Assembly: GCF_006345805.1 (NCBI RefSeq)
Contig: NC_043015.1
Coordinates: 32,860,001-32,924,000, forward strand
Direction of reading: 5' to 3'
Length of the DNA: 64,000 bases
Origin: Octopus sinensis
Lineage: Eukaryota
The notes under the pieces were generated by a model, which searched no databases, was not told the origin of the DNA, and saw only the letters and a list, made by a program, of their open reading frames with translations. Position numbers and translations under genes: made by a program. Below, in pieces: positions 35,681 through 48,591 of this stretch; the first letter of the stretch is position 1; each line of letters begins with the position of its first letter.

Positions 35681-37639
35681 TAGTATCCAACTAAGTAACG
35701 AATTACACAGCAAAAATAAAGATCATGAAAAACAATATTAAAGACAGAGGTTATATAGGGAATAGGAAAATGGAAAACGGAGAAAAAGAGAGAAGTTATA
35801 GCTATATAAGGTAGAGCTCTTGACGGAAAGTGATAGAGGAAAGGTGTGTTTTGGTGGGGAAAGAAAGACAGAGAAGGTAAGAGAGAGAAGATGAAAAAAA
35901 TGAGAGAAAATAAATATGAGAATTGGGGAAGAAACAAATGTTTTACTTGAAAATGTTTAAACACTGCAAATATTTGTGTTTGTGTTTAAGCTTGTACACA
36001 CACCATCACATATACCATAAAACACACGCCCCCGTACATAGGCTCTGTACAGGGATGATGGCCTTTCAATTTTAAGCAATATTAACGGTCACGGCCTAGA
36101 AATAATAGTTATCTTCATGAATGTCATCCTAAACCTCAAAAACAAGAAAATACATCCTCTACAGAAAACCTAATAAACTTAGCCATCCTTGCAGAGATAT
36201 TTTTTCATTTTCAGTGGTCGCACACCGTGGCATCAGTGACAAATAGGTGTATATAAAGATCATTTATTTCCACCCCAAAACCATAACAAGTTAGAAAGGA
36301 TAATGTAATTTGATTCATTCCGATATTCAGACTAGATGTTTACAAATATAACTAGCATTTCTCAAACACCTATAATTACCGTAAACTTTTTAATGGCTGT
36401 AACGTTAAGGTTAGCTACTCATGTTGAAACAATATCGCTTTCAACACAGCACGCTGCAACGCAGAAAAAAACATGCTTCCATTCAGTCTGTACACCATAC
36501 TCCAGACTCTAACTGCAGTAATCTCGCTCACCGACTGCTCGCTAGCTAATTCTTCCTCTCATAGGCTGTACTTTAAAGAGCTCACATATCCGATATTTCA
36601 TGAGATAATATGCAGGTCCCATAGCCAGTGATTTTATGGTAGCTCGATGAGTTTCGCCTGGGTTTTAATGACTGATCGAAAATATCTACCCGGTTCCGTT
36701 CTCCAAACACAGGAAACAGTTTGCAGTTATTTACAATAAATGCTATGAGAAACAGATACAGATTTCCTGTATTATTACATTGTATACAATGGATGTATGT
36801 AGACAATATTGATAAGCAAAAACCAGGCGAAACTAGAGAGAGAGCGAGATGGAAGGGAGGAAATCAGTGAGAGAGAGAAAGAGAGAAAGGCTTTACTGTG
36901 GAGCTAAATTGTATGTTTATTAAACTATGTATAAATGTATGCATTCATATACATATATACATGTGTGTTTGTGCATGTGTTTATGTATGAGCATGTGTGA
37001 CTAGTTTAACTAAATACTTATGTACCTAAGTACAACCATGAGAATGCAGGCTTGGACGAGCGGTTGAGGAGTTTGCCTTTCAACGATGAGGTCACGGATT
37101 CGATCCAACAGCGTGACATCTTGAGTAAGTTTTCTTTGATATATACTCAGATGAACGAAACTTTATGAGTGAAATTGGCAAGAAGGGAAACTGTGTCGAA
37201 CCCCGGTAGATAGATGTAATTGCATTTCAATGTTTCAGTCTTGCCACGTAATGTTTTACGTTCAGTCGACTTGGGATTTATGCTAAACGAGCATGTGTCT
37301 ATGGAATATTCAGCCACATGTAATTTAATCAGTATATAGTTCACTTAATCAAACAATGGAATGTTCATTGTCGAAAGCGACGGAGGATCCATTAGAGTAA
37401 ATATGTGTGTGTCTATATACGTACCCACAGTCTATGTGCATACATACAGATGTATATAAATGAATATGTGTGGATGTGTATATATATATATATATATATA
37501 TATGCATGTATGTATGTGTGTGTGGGTGTGTGTATGTGTGTATACACACAAGATATAATATCTATCTATCTATCTCTATTTATATATATATACTGAACAT
37601 ACTGAACACTTGGTGAAATTGATTAATAATTAATTAATT

Positions 37640-37990
37640 TTGCCCTCAATTGTTGAAATTATAATTAATCTCCCTCTGATTAATGCTTCGGATTTTACCG
37701 AAATAAGCATAGTGTTTGATGATTTTAACCCACGCTGGTGGAAAGGGGAGAACGGAGATTCTTCGCTTGCTTATTTGAATTTGTTGACTGTTAGTTGGGA
37801 GCAGATCTTCGAAAGGGTATGTTCTTATTTTCAGTGTTTCCAAATCCAAACCAAGGAATTTCTGAGCCGATGATATAAGATGTTGTTTTGACTAACTTGA
37901 AACGTACGTTCTCGAATAACCTTAGCATTTGATTTTTCGATGTCCTTACCCCCAAACTTTTGTGAGTTGAATTAAGCAAAACTATATGAG
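37640..37990 (-). pseudogene. Coding-like relic, possibly LINE ORF1 (RRM-like)
   Basis: Overlapping open frames. RRISVLPFPP...HYAYFGKIRSI loosely resembles the V...PP...L..YG.V motif of L1/Tx1 ORF1. Confidence 0.2.
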
Positions 37991-38814
37991 AGAGATTTTC
38001 TTTAAGTATTAGAAATAGCCTTAAAAAAGTTTTTTAGCTGCTATTTCTAATGAGTTCAGTATGCGGCAAAGTAATTTATTTTACTAAGCCCTTTTATTTA
38101 TATATATATATTATATATATATATAGACACACACCTATATGTGTATATATATATACATATATACACACACACATATATATATATACATATATGTATACAC
38201 ACACGCATACACCACACACACACACAAACACACACACACACACACATGTATATAGAACACGTACACCGTGTCAACACACCAAATATTTCCTTCTTAGCAT
38301 GTACCTAATTACACGCAGTCTTAATCACCCTCCATTCTCTATACTTCAATACTTGTTCATGACTTGTTCAAGTTGTTGTTGTTATTGCTGTTGTTGTTGT
38401 TGTTGTTGCTCTTTACTGACTTTAATATCGATGCCGTTACAACTGCAATTACTGTTGTCGTCGCCTTTGTTGTTCTCATTGTTATTGCTGTTCTCCTTAT
38501 TCTCGTCGTGGTTGTCGTTGTTGTTGTTATTGTTGTTCTTGTTGTTCCATGAATTACATACCGTCGTATGTTTCAGTTATTTTGACCACGGAAATCATTA
38601 TTTTTCGCATGATCTCTATCGTTGTCATCATTGTCATTGTTCTTGCTGTTGTTGTTGTTACTGCTGCTGCAGAAGCTTTTGTTTTTGCCGCGTTAATGAT
38701 GTTGATACTGTTGGTGCTGTTCCTCTGCTTCCGAGAGCACTTGATAGTATCTTTGTTCTTGTCATTGGTGATTCGATTATTTACAGTAATTGACGCAGTT
38801 TGTGTTGTGATCGT

Positions 38815-39017
38815 TAGTGGCTGCGTGGTAAGTAGCTTGCTTATGAACCACATGGTTCAGGGTTCAGTCCCACTGCGTGGCACCTTGGGCAAGTGTCTTC
38901 TGCTATAGCCTCAGGCCGACCAAAGCATTGTGAATGGATTTGGTAGACGGAAACTGAAAGAAGCCCATCGTAATATATATATATATGTGTATGTATACGT
39001 TTGTGCGTCTGTATATA

Positions 39018-39059
<42 letters not shown>

Positions 39060-39395
39060 TATATATATATAATATATATATATAATATATATATATATGT
39101 AGTGTGTGTATATATTTGTGTGTCTGTATATATATATATATTTGTGTCTGTGTATATATATATATATATATTTGTATGTGTGTGTATATGTTTATGTGTG
39201 TGTGTTTGTCCCCCCAACATCGCTTGACAACCGATGCTGGTGTGTTTACGTCCCCGTAACTTAGCGGTTCGGCAAAAGAGACCGATATAGTAAGTACTAG
39301 ACTTACAATGAATAAGTCCTGGTGTCCATTTGCTCGACTAAAAGGCGGTGCTCCAGCATGGCCACAGTCAAATGACTGAAGCAAGTAAAAGAGTA
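38815..39395 (+). mobile_element. SINE family A, full length with expanded internal (AT)n
   Basis: Head, body and CAAGTAAAAGAGTAAA tail are all present. Confidence 0.95.
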
Positions 39396-39399
39396 AATA

Positions 39400-39826
39400 A
39401 CATTATTGTTGTTGTCGTTATTTGCTGTAGCTTTTATTGTGGTTCTTGTTATTGACGCCATTACAGATATTGTTGTTGGAGTCATATTGTTCCCGTTGTT
39501 GTTGTTGCTGTTGCAGCAGCCGGTGTTTTGTCGTTGTTATTGTTGTCGTCGTTGCAGTTTCTGGTGTTGTTAAAGTTTGTGGTACTAATGTTGATGTTGT
39601 TGTTGTTGTTGTTGTTGCAGATTACTACCGCATTGTTGTTGTTGCTGTTGTTATTCCGATAGGTTAATAATAATAATAACAAAAAAATATGATGACGATG
39701 ACAATGATGATAACAATGATGATGGTGATGATGTTGACGATGATGATGATGATGATGATCATGATCATGATGACGATGATGGCGATGATGCATCTGCTGC
39801 TGATGATGATGATGATGAAGATGATT

Positions 39827-39869
<43 letters not shown>

Positions 39870-39987
39870 CGACGATGATGGCGATGATGCTGATGAGGAT
39901 GAGGACGATGATGGTGATGATGAAGATGATGATGATGATGATGATGACGATGATGGCGATGATGCTGCTGCTGCTGATGATGATGAA

Positions 39988-40028
<41 letters not shown>

Positions 40029-40037
40029 CGATGATGG

Positions 40038-40069
<32 letters not shown>

Positions 40070-40248
40070 GTGATGATGGTGATTTCTTTTTACTTGCCAC
40101 CAAGGCGACGGATGTGGATTCAAAACAACAACAACAACAAAAACAATAATAATAATAATAATGTTTACTGCTACTTTGCTGTTGTTATTGTTGTTGTAAC
40201 AGTCGTTGCTGTTTACTGCTCCTGTCCTTGTTGTTGTCGACATCCAGC

Positions 40249-40282
<34 letters not shown>

Positions 40283-40300
40283 AACAGTTGTGACTGTTGT
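39400..40300. repeat. (GTT)n and long (GAT)n low-complexity tract
   Basis: About 400 bp of (GAT)n at 39690-40085, which produces the poly-M and poly-H ORFs. Confidence 0.95.
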
Positions 40301-40668
40301 TGTTCCAGTTAACTCGTGAATCACTTTTACTTCGCTTCCACAAGAAAAATCATGCGGCGTGGGTAAAGGTGTTTGCCGAGGTGTTCTTCTCTCCTCCCCG
40401 ATTCCAGCCGTGTGCCCACATTGAACACGAGACGGCAGAGCTTGTGGGGTGGAGGTGGAGGCGTAGGGGGGGGGGCTCTGTCGTGGTTCCGCGTACATCA
40501 CGTTGACATGATCACGTACCGTGTTTACTTGATGTCACGTATCAATGACAAACCACTTATCGATATATCCTGCCTTCATGATCACCCACCCATTCACACC
40601 CACACACATACCCATCACCACAACAACACAGATCCCACTTTCACTTTTATTTTTCTTCTTACGCGGCT

Positions 40669-40696
<28 letters not shown>

Positions 40697-40707
<11 letters not shown>

Positions 40708-40793
40708 GCTAAGATGACTTGTTTCTTGTTTGGATGTTTTTGTATGATGGTATATGGGTAACTATATGTATGTATCTTTTAAAATATATATAT

Positions 40794-40889
<96 letters not shown>

Positions 40890-41093
40890 CATACATACAT
40901 ACATTCACACATACACCTACACTTGCAACAAACACATACTTATATACACATATGTACATACACATATATACTTACATAATACGAACATGTGTGTGTGTGT
41001 GTTGCTAAGATGGCTTGTTTCTTGTTTGGATGTTTTTGTATGATGATGTATGGGTAACTGTATATATGTGTTTATATATATATATATATATAT

Positions 41094-41148
<55 letters not shown>

Positions 41149-41290
41149 TACATGTATATATATAAATATATGTATATACACACACACACACACATACACC
41201 TACACTCACACCATACACACACTTATATACACGTATGTACATACACATATATACCTACATACATACAAACATGTGTGTGTGTCTGTGTGT
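40697..41290. repeat. Tandem duplication of a ~290-bp unit
   Basis: GCTAAGATG.CTTGTTTCTTGTTTGGATGTTTT occurs at ~40707 and ~41003. ACATACACCTACACT...GAACATGTGTG occurs at ~40908 and ~41191. Confidence 0.85.
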
Positions 41291-41455
41291 GTGTAAAGTG
41301 TTTCGGGTTTGCATCGTTTTTAATTTTCTTTTACTCGTACTTATTGCATGAGCCTGATTATCATCGCCATCGCCGTCGTTGTCATCGTCGTCATCATCAT
41401 CATCATCATCATCGTCATCGCTGTCGTTTTCGTCATCACTCTTACCTTTGCCACC

Positions 41456-41487
<32 letters not shown>

Positions 41488-41789
41488 CAGTAACAACAAC
41501 ACCCTCAGCATGCAAACTTCCATCCACAAAACCCCATAATCATCACTATAGCCATAATCGTGACATTGTCATCATCAGCATCATCATCACAGCTCCTCCA
41601 CCTCCTCCTCCCCATCATCATCATCATCATCAACACCACCACGATCATCAAAGCCATAATCAAACCGAACCGACGTGTACGCTTTTTAAGCACTGCCACG
41701 AACTGTTCGAAATAGCTCCCCAATCTCCCTCAGATCCCATTCTGCCGTCTTACACGAAATGCACATCTAAAATGCCAAATCTGACTGAC

Positions 41790-41900
41790 CCACTGCTAAA
41801 AGCAATGGCAATAACTAAAGGAACCCCTTCGGTTATGACTGACCATGGGACTGCGCCTAGAAAGTTCCCAAAGCACAATGTCCGGGCAATGTTGTTTATG
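41790..41900 (-). mobile_element. SINE family G, 3' fragment
   Basis: Reverse-complement match to 52570-52650 (CTTTCTAGG.GCA.TCCCATGGTCA.TCAT.ACCGAAGGGG). Confidence 0.7.
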
Positions 41901-41948
41901 TCTTTCGCAAACACGTGAAGCTGATGATGACGACAGCGATGCTGATGA

Positions 41949-41982
<34 letters not shown>

Positions 41983-42558
41983 GGTGATGGTGGTGGTGGT
42001 GGTGGTAGTGGTGGTGGTGGTGGTGGTGTTGATGACGATGACGACGGCGGTGACGACCAGGGTAATAGTGATGATGATGACGACGATGATGACGATCACG
42101 GTGATGATGATGATGAAGTGGAGGATGATACTCGCGAAAGAACCAGCCTTAGCAATACATTTCTCTCGCTGTTGTTTCACGTTGCCGCCGCTGATAACGC
42201 TGAAGGCATTGGCGGGACGGTGGTGGGAGTACTGGCGGCCATACTGGGCGTGGTAGTGGTGCCATATATAACATACCGGTTCGGCGCAAGTGACCGATAT
42301 TACAAGTGCCAAACTTGTACTATCGCGGTTTCGGTTCCCAGACCGAGGGTTGCATTGTATTCTTGAGCAAAACACTTCATTTCATGTTGCTCCGCCATCA
42401 TTTCCTCACCTGAAATGTGGAACGTCGTGAACACAAACATTTGATGATTATAAGCAAATCATCTGCAGGATTTTTCAGCAAGTAATTGCTGTACCCTCAT
42501 ACATCCTCTAACGACCGGAGAGTCTTATGGCTGAAACGTACAAAAGAATATACAAAGA

Positions 42559-42611
<53 letters not shown>

Positions 42612-42624
42612 TGTATGAAAATGG

Positions 42625-43130
42625 AACAAAAACGTAACAGAGAGCTTTAAAACGTTCGGACAGACAGACGACCCAAAGGCGAACAAGAGAAACAACAATT
42701 AGGACAGACAAAAAAGACGGGTCATTCTTGGCCTTCTTTCCTCAGTCAAGTACCAGAAGTCACGACCATTTCGGTCGTGACTTCTGGTACTTGACTGTTT
42801 CGGCAACCGACGGCTCCTCGGTCGTTCGGTCCCTGCGTCTGCGGGAAATCTGCGGCAAACAGGATCTCTCCACATGCGGGATTGTTGGGGACCGCTTGTG
42901 AAATCCACTAATTCCCACGAAACTTCTCCCATTGTTCGAGATGCCTCGAGAGTGGTAGAAGAAGCCGATTCAATCCGCCCAGGGTGAATGTTGCCAAAAG
43001 TACAAGTAAGTAAGTACTTGACTGGGGATGGTTCGATCTGGTTGTCCCCAAAAAATTCTAGGCTAAGAGCATGAGACCCCTTTGTAAGAAAGCAAGCGAA
43101 TGTGTACGGCAACAAAGACAAAAAATCGCA
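42625..43130. mobile_element. Repeat family F copy interrupted by a perfect palindrome and a GC-rich filler
   Basis: 42625-42767 and 43030-43130 match consecutive parts of 52735-53015 and 55700-56010. Confidence 0.7.
42743..42797. repeat. Perfect inverted repeat, 25-bp arms, 5-nt loop
   Basis: CAGTCAAGTACCAGAAGTCACGACC-ATTTC-GGTCGTGACTTCTGGTACTTGACTG. Confidence 0.97.
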
Positions 43131-43204
43131 GATATATATGCATGCATGCATACATACTTAATACATACATACATACATGCCTAAAGTAGATCGAAAATCA
43201 TTGG

Positions 43205-43400
43205 TTACAAATTCTAGAACAAGGCCTGCAATTTCGGAGGAAGTGGTAAGTCGATTACATCGGCCCAGTGCTTTACTGGTACTTACTTTATCGACCTCGA
43301 ATGAATGAAAGGCAAAGCCGACTTCGGAGGAATTTGATCTCAGAACGTAAAATCGGGAATAATACCGACTAAGCATTTTTCCGGCGCGACAACAACGTCT
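43205..43400 (-). mobile_element. SINE family C
   Basis: Reverse-complement match including AAAGGCAAAGCCGACTTCGGAGGAATTTGATCTCAGAACGTA. Confidence 0.85.
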
Positions 43401-43755
43401 CCGGCAGTTCGCCGTTTCAGAACGGAAAATTATTAGCAGCGTAAATTAAAACTTATGTCTTAAACCAGAAATGGAAACCGCGTCCCGAAACGCCAACTTC
43501 ATTTGCAGCCCTTATTATATTTAGTGAAAATAATCATAAAACTTGGGAAAATAATTTAAGAAAATCACAGTCCTTTGGGTTCCCCTCATTTAATTCATAT
43601 GAAGGTTTTAATCAAATCCTAACACGAGATTAACATTAAAATTCGGTTTACAGTTTGCAAAACCTATTATAGCCAAAACTCATTTGTATTACCGTCATTT
43701 TGGTGCTTGTTTATTTGTTTACTGATTTTAGAGCTTTTTCCGGGATATTTTTGTA

Positions 43756-43787
<32 letters not shown>

Positions 43788-44683
43788 TTCATATATGTGT
43801 GCTTGTGTGTGTATCAACACGAATACATATATATATATATATGCGTGCGTGTGTGTCCACGTACACACGATCATACAAACACATACATTGTTTGTTTTTT
43901 GTGTTAATCTGTATAAGTTTGATTTCATTACATGCTTTTGTTTTCAAATTATTCTTTATAATTACTTTTATTATCTTTCCTCCCAGATTTCCTATTTGTC
44001 ATAATGATAATTATTATTTTTATTGTTCTTCATATCTTTGCTTTCACTCAGCTCTATGTTTATTGTTTTCTTTTGGTACCATTTCTTAATAATAACGATT
44101 TTACCGTTCTTCTCTTTCTTGAGACTTCTGTCTTCGAGTATATCTTTGGTACAAATATGTGGACACTTTTATACAAGACTGGCTTGATGTGTGTGTGTGT
44201 GTGTGTGATGGAGGAAGAGTGAAAGAACAAGAGAAAAGGAGAGAGGGAGAAAATGAGAGAGAGAGAGGGAGAGAGAGAGAAAGGGAGAGAGACGTGGAAT
44301 AAACTGTATTAATAGCTGTAGGAAAGTCATGATATCCGATAAAGATGTAAAAGAATGGATAAGAGAAATCACAAAAGCTCACTTGAAAAGATGAATTACT
44401 TAAAAGATTGCAATCTTTTCAATAAACAACACGATCGAATTAATCTGATTTGGTATGAGACAAAGATCTCGGTTTATTTAACAATTTTCGTTTATAAGGC
44501 ATTTCTTTGGAAACAGTGAAAAAACACACAGCATAATATCCCCTGAAAGTGCGATATACATATATATATTATATATATATACCACATATATATATATCTA
44601 TATAATATATATATATATATATACATACATATATGAACACAAGCACATATATATATATATACATACATATATGAACACAAGCA

Positions 44684-44732
<49 letters not shown>

Positions 44733-44829
44733 TGTGTGTCTGTGCATATAGAAATATATACATATGCATAAAAAATATGTAACTGTTTATCTTTCTATCA
44801 ATCGATCTATCTCTCACTCTCTCACACTC

Positions 44830-44968
44830 TCACTTCATCTCTAACTGTAGATAAATAGATAGACAGACAGACAAGCAGACAGATAGATAGCCAGGCAGAC
44901 AGATAGATAGATAGAAAGATAGATAGATAGATAGATAGAAAGATAGATAGATATAGATAGATATATAG

Positions 44969-45056
<88 letters not shown>
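44830..45056. repeat. (AGAT)n/(AGAC)n array
   Basis: Read directly from the sequence. Confidence 0.95.
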
Positions 45057-45149
45057 GTGCCTATATATGGGAATGGTGATGTGTGTGTATGCTTTGTTTT
45101 ATTAAACGATTATTAAAAACAAAAACAGACCAGAAACTACACTGAGAAA

Positions 45150-45368
45150 CTCTTTACTCTTTGATTTGTTTCAGTCATTTGGCTGAGGCCATGCTGGAGC
45201 ACCACCTTTTAGTCGAGCAAATCGACCCCAGGACTTATTATTTAGAAGCCTTGTACTTATTCTATCGGCTCTTTTGCCGAACCGCTAAGTTACGGGGACG
45301 TAAACACACCAGCATCGGTTGTCAGGTGATGTTGGGGGACAAACACAGACACACAACAAACACACACA

Positions 45369-45423
<55 letters not shown>

Positions 45424-45440
45424 ATATATATATGATATAG

Positions 45441-45488
<48 letters not shown>

Positions 45489-45638
45489 CTATATATATAC
45501 ACACATATATTACGACGGGCTACTTTCAGTTTTCCATCTACCAAAACCACTCACAAGGATTTGGTCGGCCCCAGGCTATAGTAGAAAACACCTGCCCAAG
45601 GTGCCACGCAGTGGGAATGAACCCGGAACCATGTGGAT
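45150..45638 (-). mobile_element. SINE family A, 5'-truncated head
   Basis: High identity to 5097-5523. It stops after GAACCCGGAACCATGTGG. Confidence 0.95.
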
Positions 45639-45924
45639 TAACACCACCACCAGAATGGACTCCTCGGTAAAGGAGTCTATTCTGTTACAAGCAATCGGCT
45701 AGGTTTCTGGTTTGAAGACACCTGTTTCATTTCTTCAACCGGTCTCGGATGCCCTCTGAAAGTTTATAGGTACTGGCCCTCCCTCTTGAATAAGCGATCA
45801 AAAACTGGGCAAGTGAGGAAATGCCCGAATGAGTTACTGAAAAGGAATTTGTGCGACAAAGAAATAGAGAGAAAGGAAGCATGCAGGAAAAGCAAGTTAG
45901 TGAGATTAATTAATCAGGAATATA

Positions 45925-46112
45925 AGGCGGCGAGCTGGTAGAATGCTCAGCAGCATTTCGTCCGTCATTACGTTCTGAGTTCAAATTCTGCCGAGGTCGA
46001 CTTGGTCTTTCATCCCTTTCGGAGTCGATAAAAAGTAGCAGTAGAACACTGAGTTAATCGATTTACCCTTTCGCCGAAATTGCTGGCCTTGTGGCAGAAT
46101 TTGAAATCAATA
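45925..46112 (+). mobile_element. SINE family C
   Basis: AAGGCGGCGAGCTGGTAGAAT...TTCTGAGTTCAAATTCTGCCGAGGTCGAC. Confidence 0.9.
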
Positions 46113-46321
46113 AGTAAGTGATGTGGAAGGTTGTTTATATGGGAAAGAGGAGATGGGAGGAAGAGGGTGAGGGAAAGAAGTAAGCGACAAAATTAAGCTC
46201 GATCCGCATTTTGCTTTATAAACTCGCCTTTAACCACGAGTAAAACCCTGCAGAACATGCAGTAATTGTCGGCACAAAAGTGATAGACGCAACACACCCG
46301 ATTTCCAAAGCCGTCAAGGTG

Positions 46322-46630
46322 CTTGGCTTTGTGCTTAAAGTATTCTGCTCACAATCGTAGTCAGGAATTCGAAAACCGATGGAGCATTGCGTCCTTGAAC
46401 AAGATATTTTATTTCATGATGCTCCAGTCCATCCAACTGGCAAAAACGAGTTGTATCTGTAATTCAAAAGCCCGTCCTTGTCACATTCCATGTCACGCTG
46501 AATCTCCCTGAGAACTGTGTTTGGGGTACGCGTGTCTGTGGAATGCTCAGCCACTTGCACGTTAATTTCACGAGCAAGCTGTTCCGTTGACGGGATCAGC
46601 TGCAACCCTCTCCGTTGTAACCGATGGAGC
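46322..46630 (+). mobile_element. SINE family B, decayed
   Basis: Matches 4758-5066 (GTGTCTGTGGAATGCTCAGCCACTTGCACGTTAATTTCACGAGCAAGCTGTTCCGTTG). Confidence 0.85.
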
Positions 46631-47053
46631 GCCAGTTTCTAAAGCTCCTGGCACATAGTGTTTTTCTACCTGCTCAATCTAACCCCATCTGCTTCAAAAT
46701 ACTTCAGTAACACAGAAACGCACCATTAGGTATTACTCATAAGACTTATGATGACGACCATTTATGGCTGGTCGCTTTAACATTTCCTGTCAAGTTTATC
46801 TGTGGGTGATATATTTTGGAAAGCGGAGGTGGGGAAGGGCACAAGAAATGATAAAAATTGCCATTGAACATAAAACTATAACTGAACACCTGACTTGATG
46901 AATAATAAAGTAAGGAATGGCTTGGCTTTGTTGTTGTTGCTGTTGAAATGATCGCATTGTTGTTGATGTTGTTGTTGTTGGAGGTGGCAGATTTTGTGAT
47001 GGCAATTGTCACTATGTTTAATTAATGCGCGCATGTGTGTATCCGTGTACATT

Positions 47054-47095
<42 letters not shown>

Positions 47096-47364
47096 TATTT
47101 GTAGAAATGGCTGCAAACAATTAATTAATGGAAGACTTCTGGGAATGAGGAGAGGGAAGTTGGTGGTGGAGAGTGGGTTACTTAGAAACAGGGTACTTGT
47201 AGAGAGAAGGGAGAGAGAGAAAGAGAAGGAAACAGGCAGACAGACAGATAGAATGATAGACAGAGGGAGAGAGGGAAAGAGGGAGGGAAAGAGGGAGGGA
47301 GGGAGAAACAGGCGATGGAAAATAGAAGAGAGAAAGAGAGATGCAAAAGAAATGAAAGAAATAA

Positions 47365-47557
47365 TAATTAATGTTGGTTTCAAATTTTGGAAAAAGGCCA
47401 GCAATTTCGGAGGAAGAGGTAAGTCTTATCTGATCGACCCCGAAAGGATAAAAGAGCAAAGTCGACTTCGGCGGGATTTGAACTTAGAACGTAAGGACAG
47501 ACAAAATTCCACTGAACATTTTACTCAGCGTGCTAACGATGCTGCCAGCTCACCGAC
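47365..47557 (-). mobile_element. SINE family C
   Basis: Reverse-complement match to the family, with an internal deletion. Confidence 0.85.
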
Positions 47558-47589
47558 TTAATAAGGATAATTAATATCGTGCAATGATT

Positions 47590-47623
<34 letters not shown>

Positions 47624-47914
47624 TGCGCGCGTGTGTGTGTGTGCGCGCGCGTGTGTGTGTGTGTGTGTGTGACAGAAAGAGAGACAGAGAAAGAGAGAGA
47701 GAGAGTAATGATAATTTAGTGGAGAAATGAGTGGAAGAGTGAGAGTGAAATAGGGAGATAAGAGAGATGTGTAGTTAAGAAAGGAAGGAGGTGCAACAAT
47801 GAAATGAAAAAAAGTGCAATAGAGTAAGGAAGAAAGAAAATGAAGAGGATGTAGCAAAGAAAAAATAGAAAGGGCCACAGTCAATTTGCGTGATGCAGCG
47901 TCACACATATGGAG

Positions 47915-48135
47915 AATTGGCGGAGTCGGTAGAGCATCAGGTGAACTATCTTGCGCATTTTTTTCTAGTACCTTATAGTCAGAGTTCAGATTCCCTCGAA
48001 GTCGCCTTTCGTCATTGCAGGGTTGAAAAATAATGGCTGTGGACCTGCAGAACGGTTGGACAAGGAGAAGGCACCTTGCAGTTCTTGATTTGTCTCTTTG
48101 CGTTCTGAGTTCAAATTCCACCGTAGCCTACTTCA
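47915..48135 (+). mobile_element. Decayed SINE family C copy plus a second fragment
   Basis: TTGGCGGAGTCGGTAGAGCATC...GAGTTCAGATTCCCTCGAAGTCGCC, and GTTCTGAGTTCAAATTCCACC at ~48102. Confidence 0.6.
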
Positions 48136-48519
48136 ATAGTACCCTTAATTCTTCGTCCGATTTAATAACAACGGCATCTTGGATGTCTCTAATGAAGGGC
48201 CCCTTGCTGTATGTATTAGGCACAGGTCTTAAATTTGTAGCCACCGTCTATCCACTCTTCCATAAGTGTTGGATACCCTGTAAAGGGTTACGGGTACTGT
48301 TCATGCTTCCTCACTGGGCAAACAAGAAAGAAAAACTGAATGAAGAAAGTGGTGGATGAATGAGTTAATGAATGGAGATGTTAGAGAGGAGGAAAGGATT
48401 ATTCAGAAAAAATTATACAAGGGTAGAAAGATGGTGAGATTAATTAGTAAGGAATGGATGGATGTAAGAGGCAGGTCATTTGAGGGAGAAAGGGAAGAAA
48501 GAGGAAGGAACAGATGAAT

Positions 48520-48556
48520 AGGGAAGCGGGTGGATGAGGAAGAGGGAAAGAGAGTG

Positions 48557-48591
<35 letters not shown>

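Noticed and set aside
39482-40501. 339-aa poly-His ORF and the overlapping poly-Met ORF
   Set aside because: These are products of a (GAT)n array and are open in several frames on both strands.
42505-42550. CTAACGA...GAAACGTA hammerhead-like motif
   Set aside because: G5 is mutated, stems I and II are unconvincing, and there is no second copy in the window.
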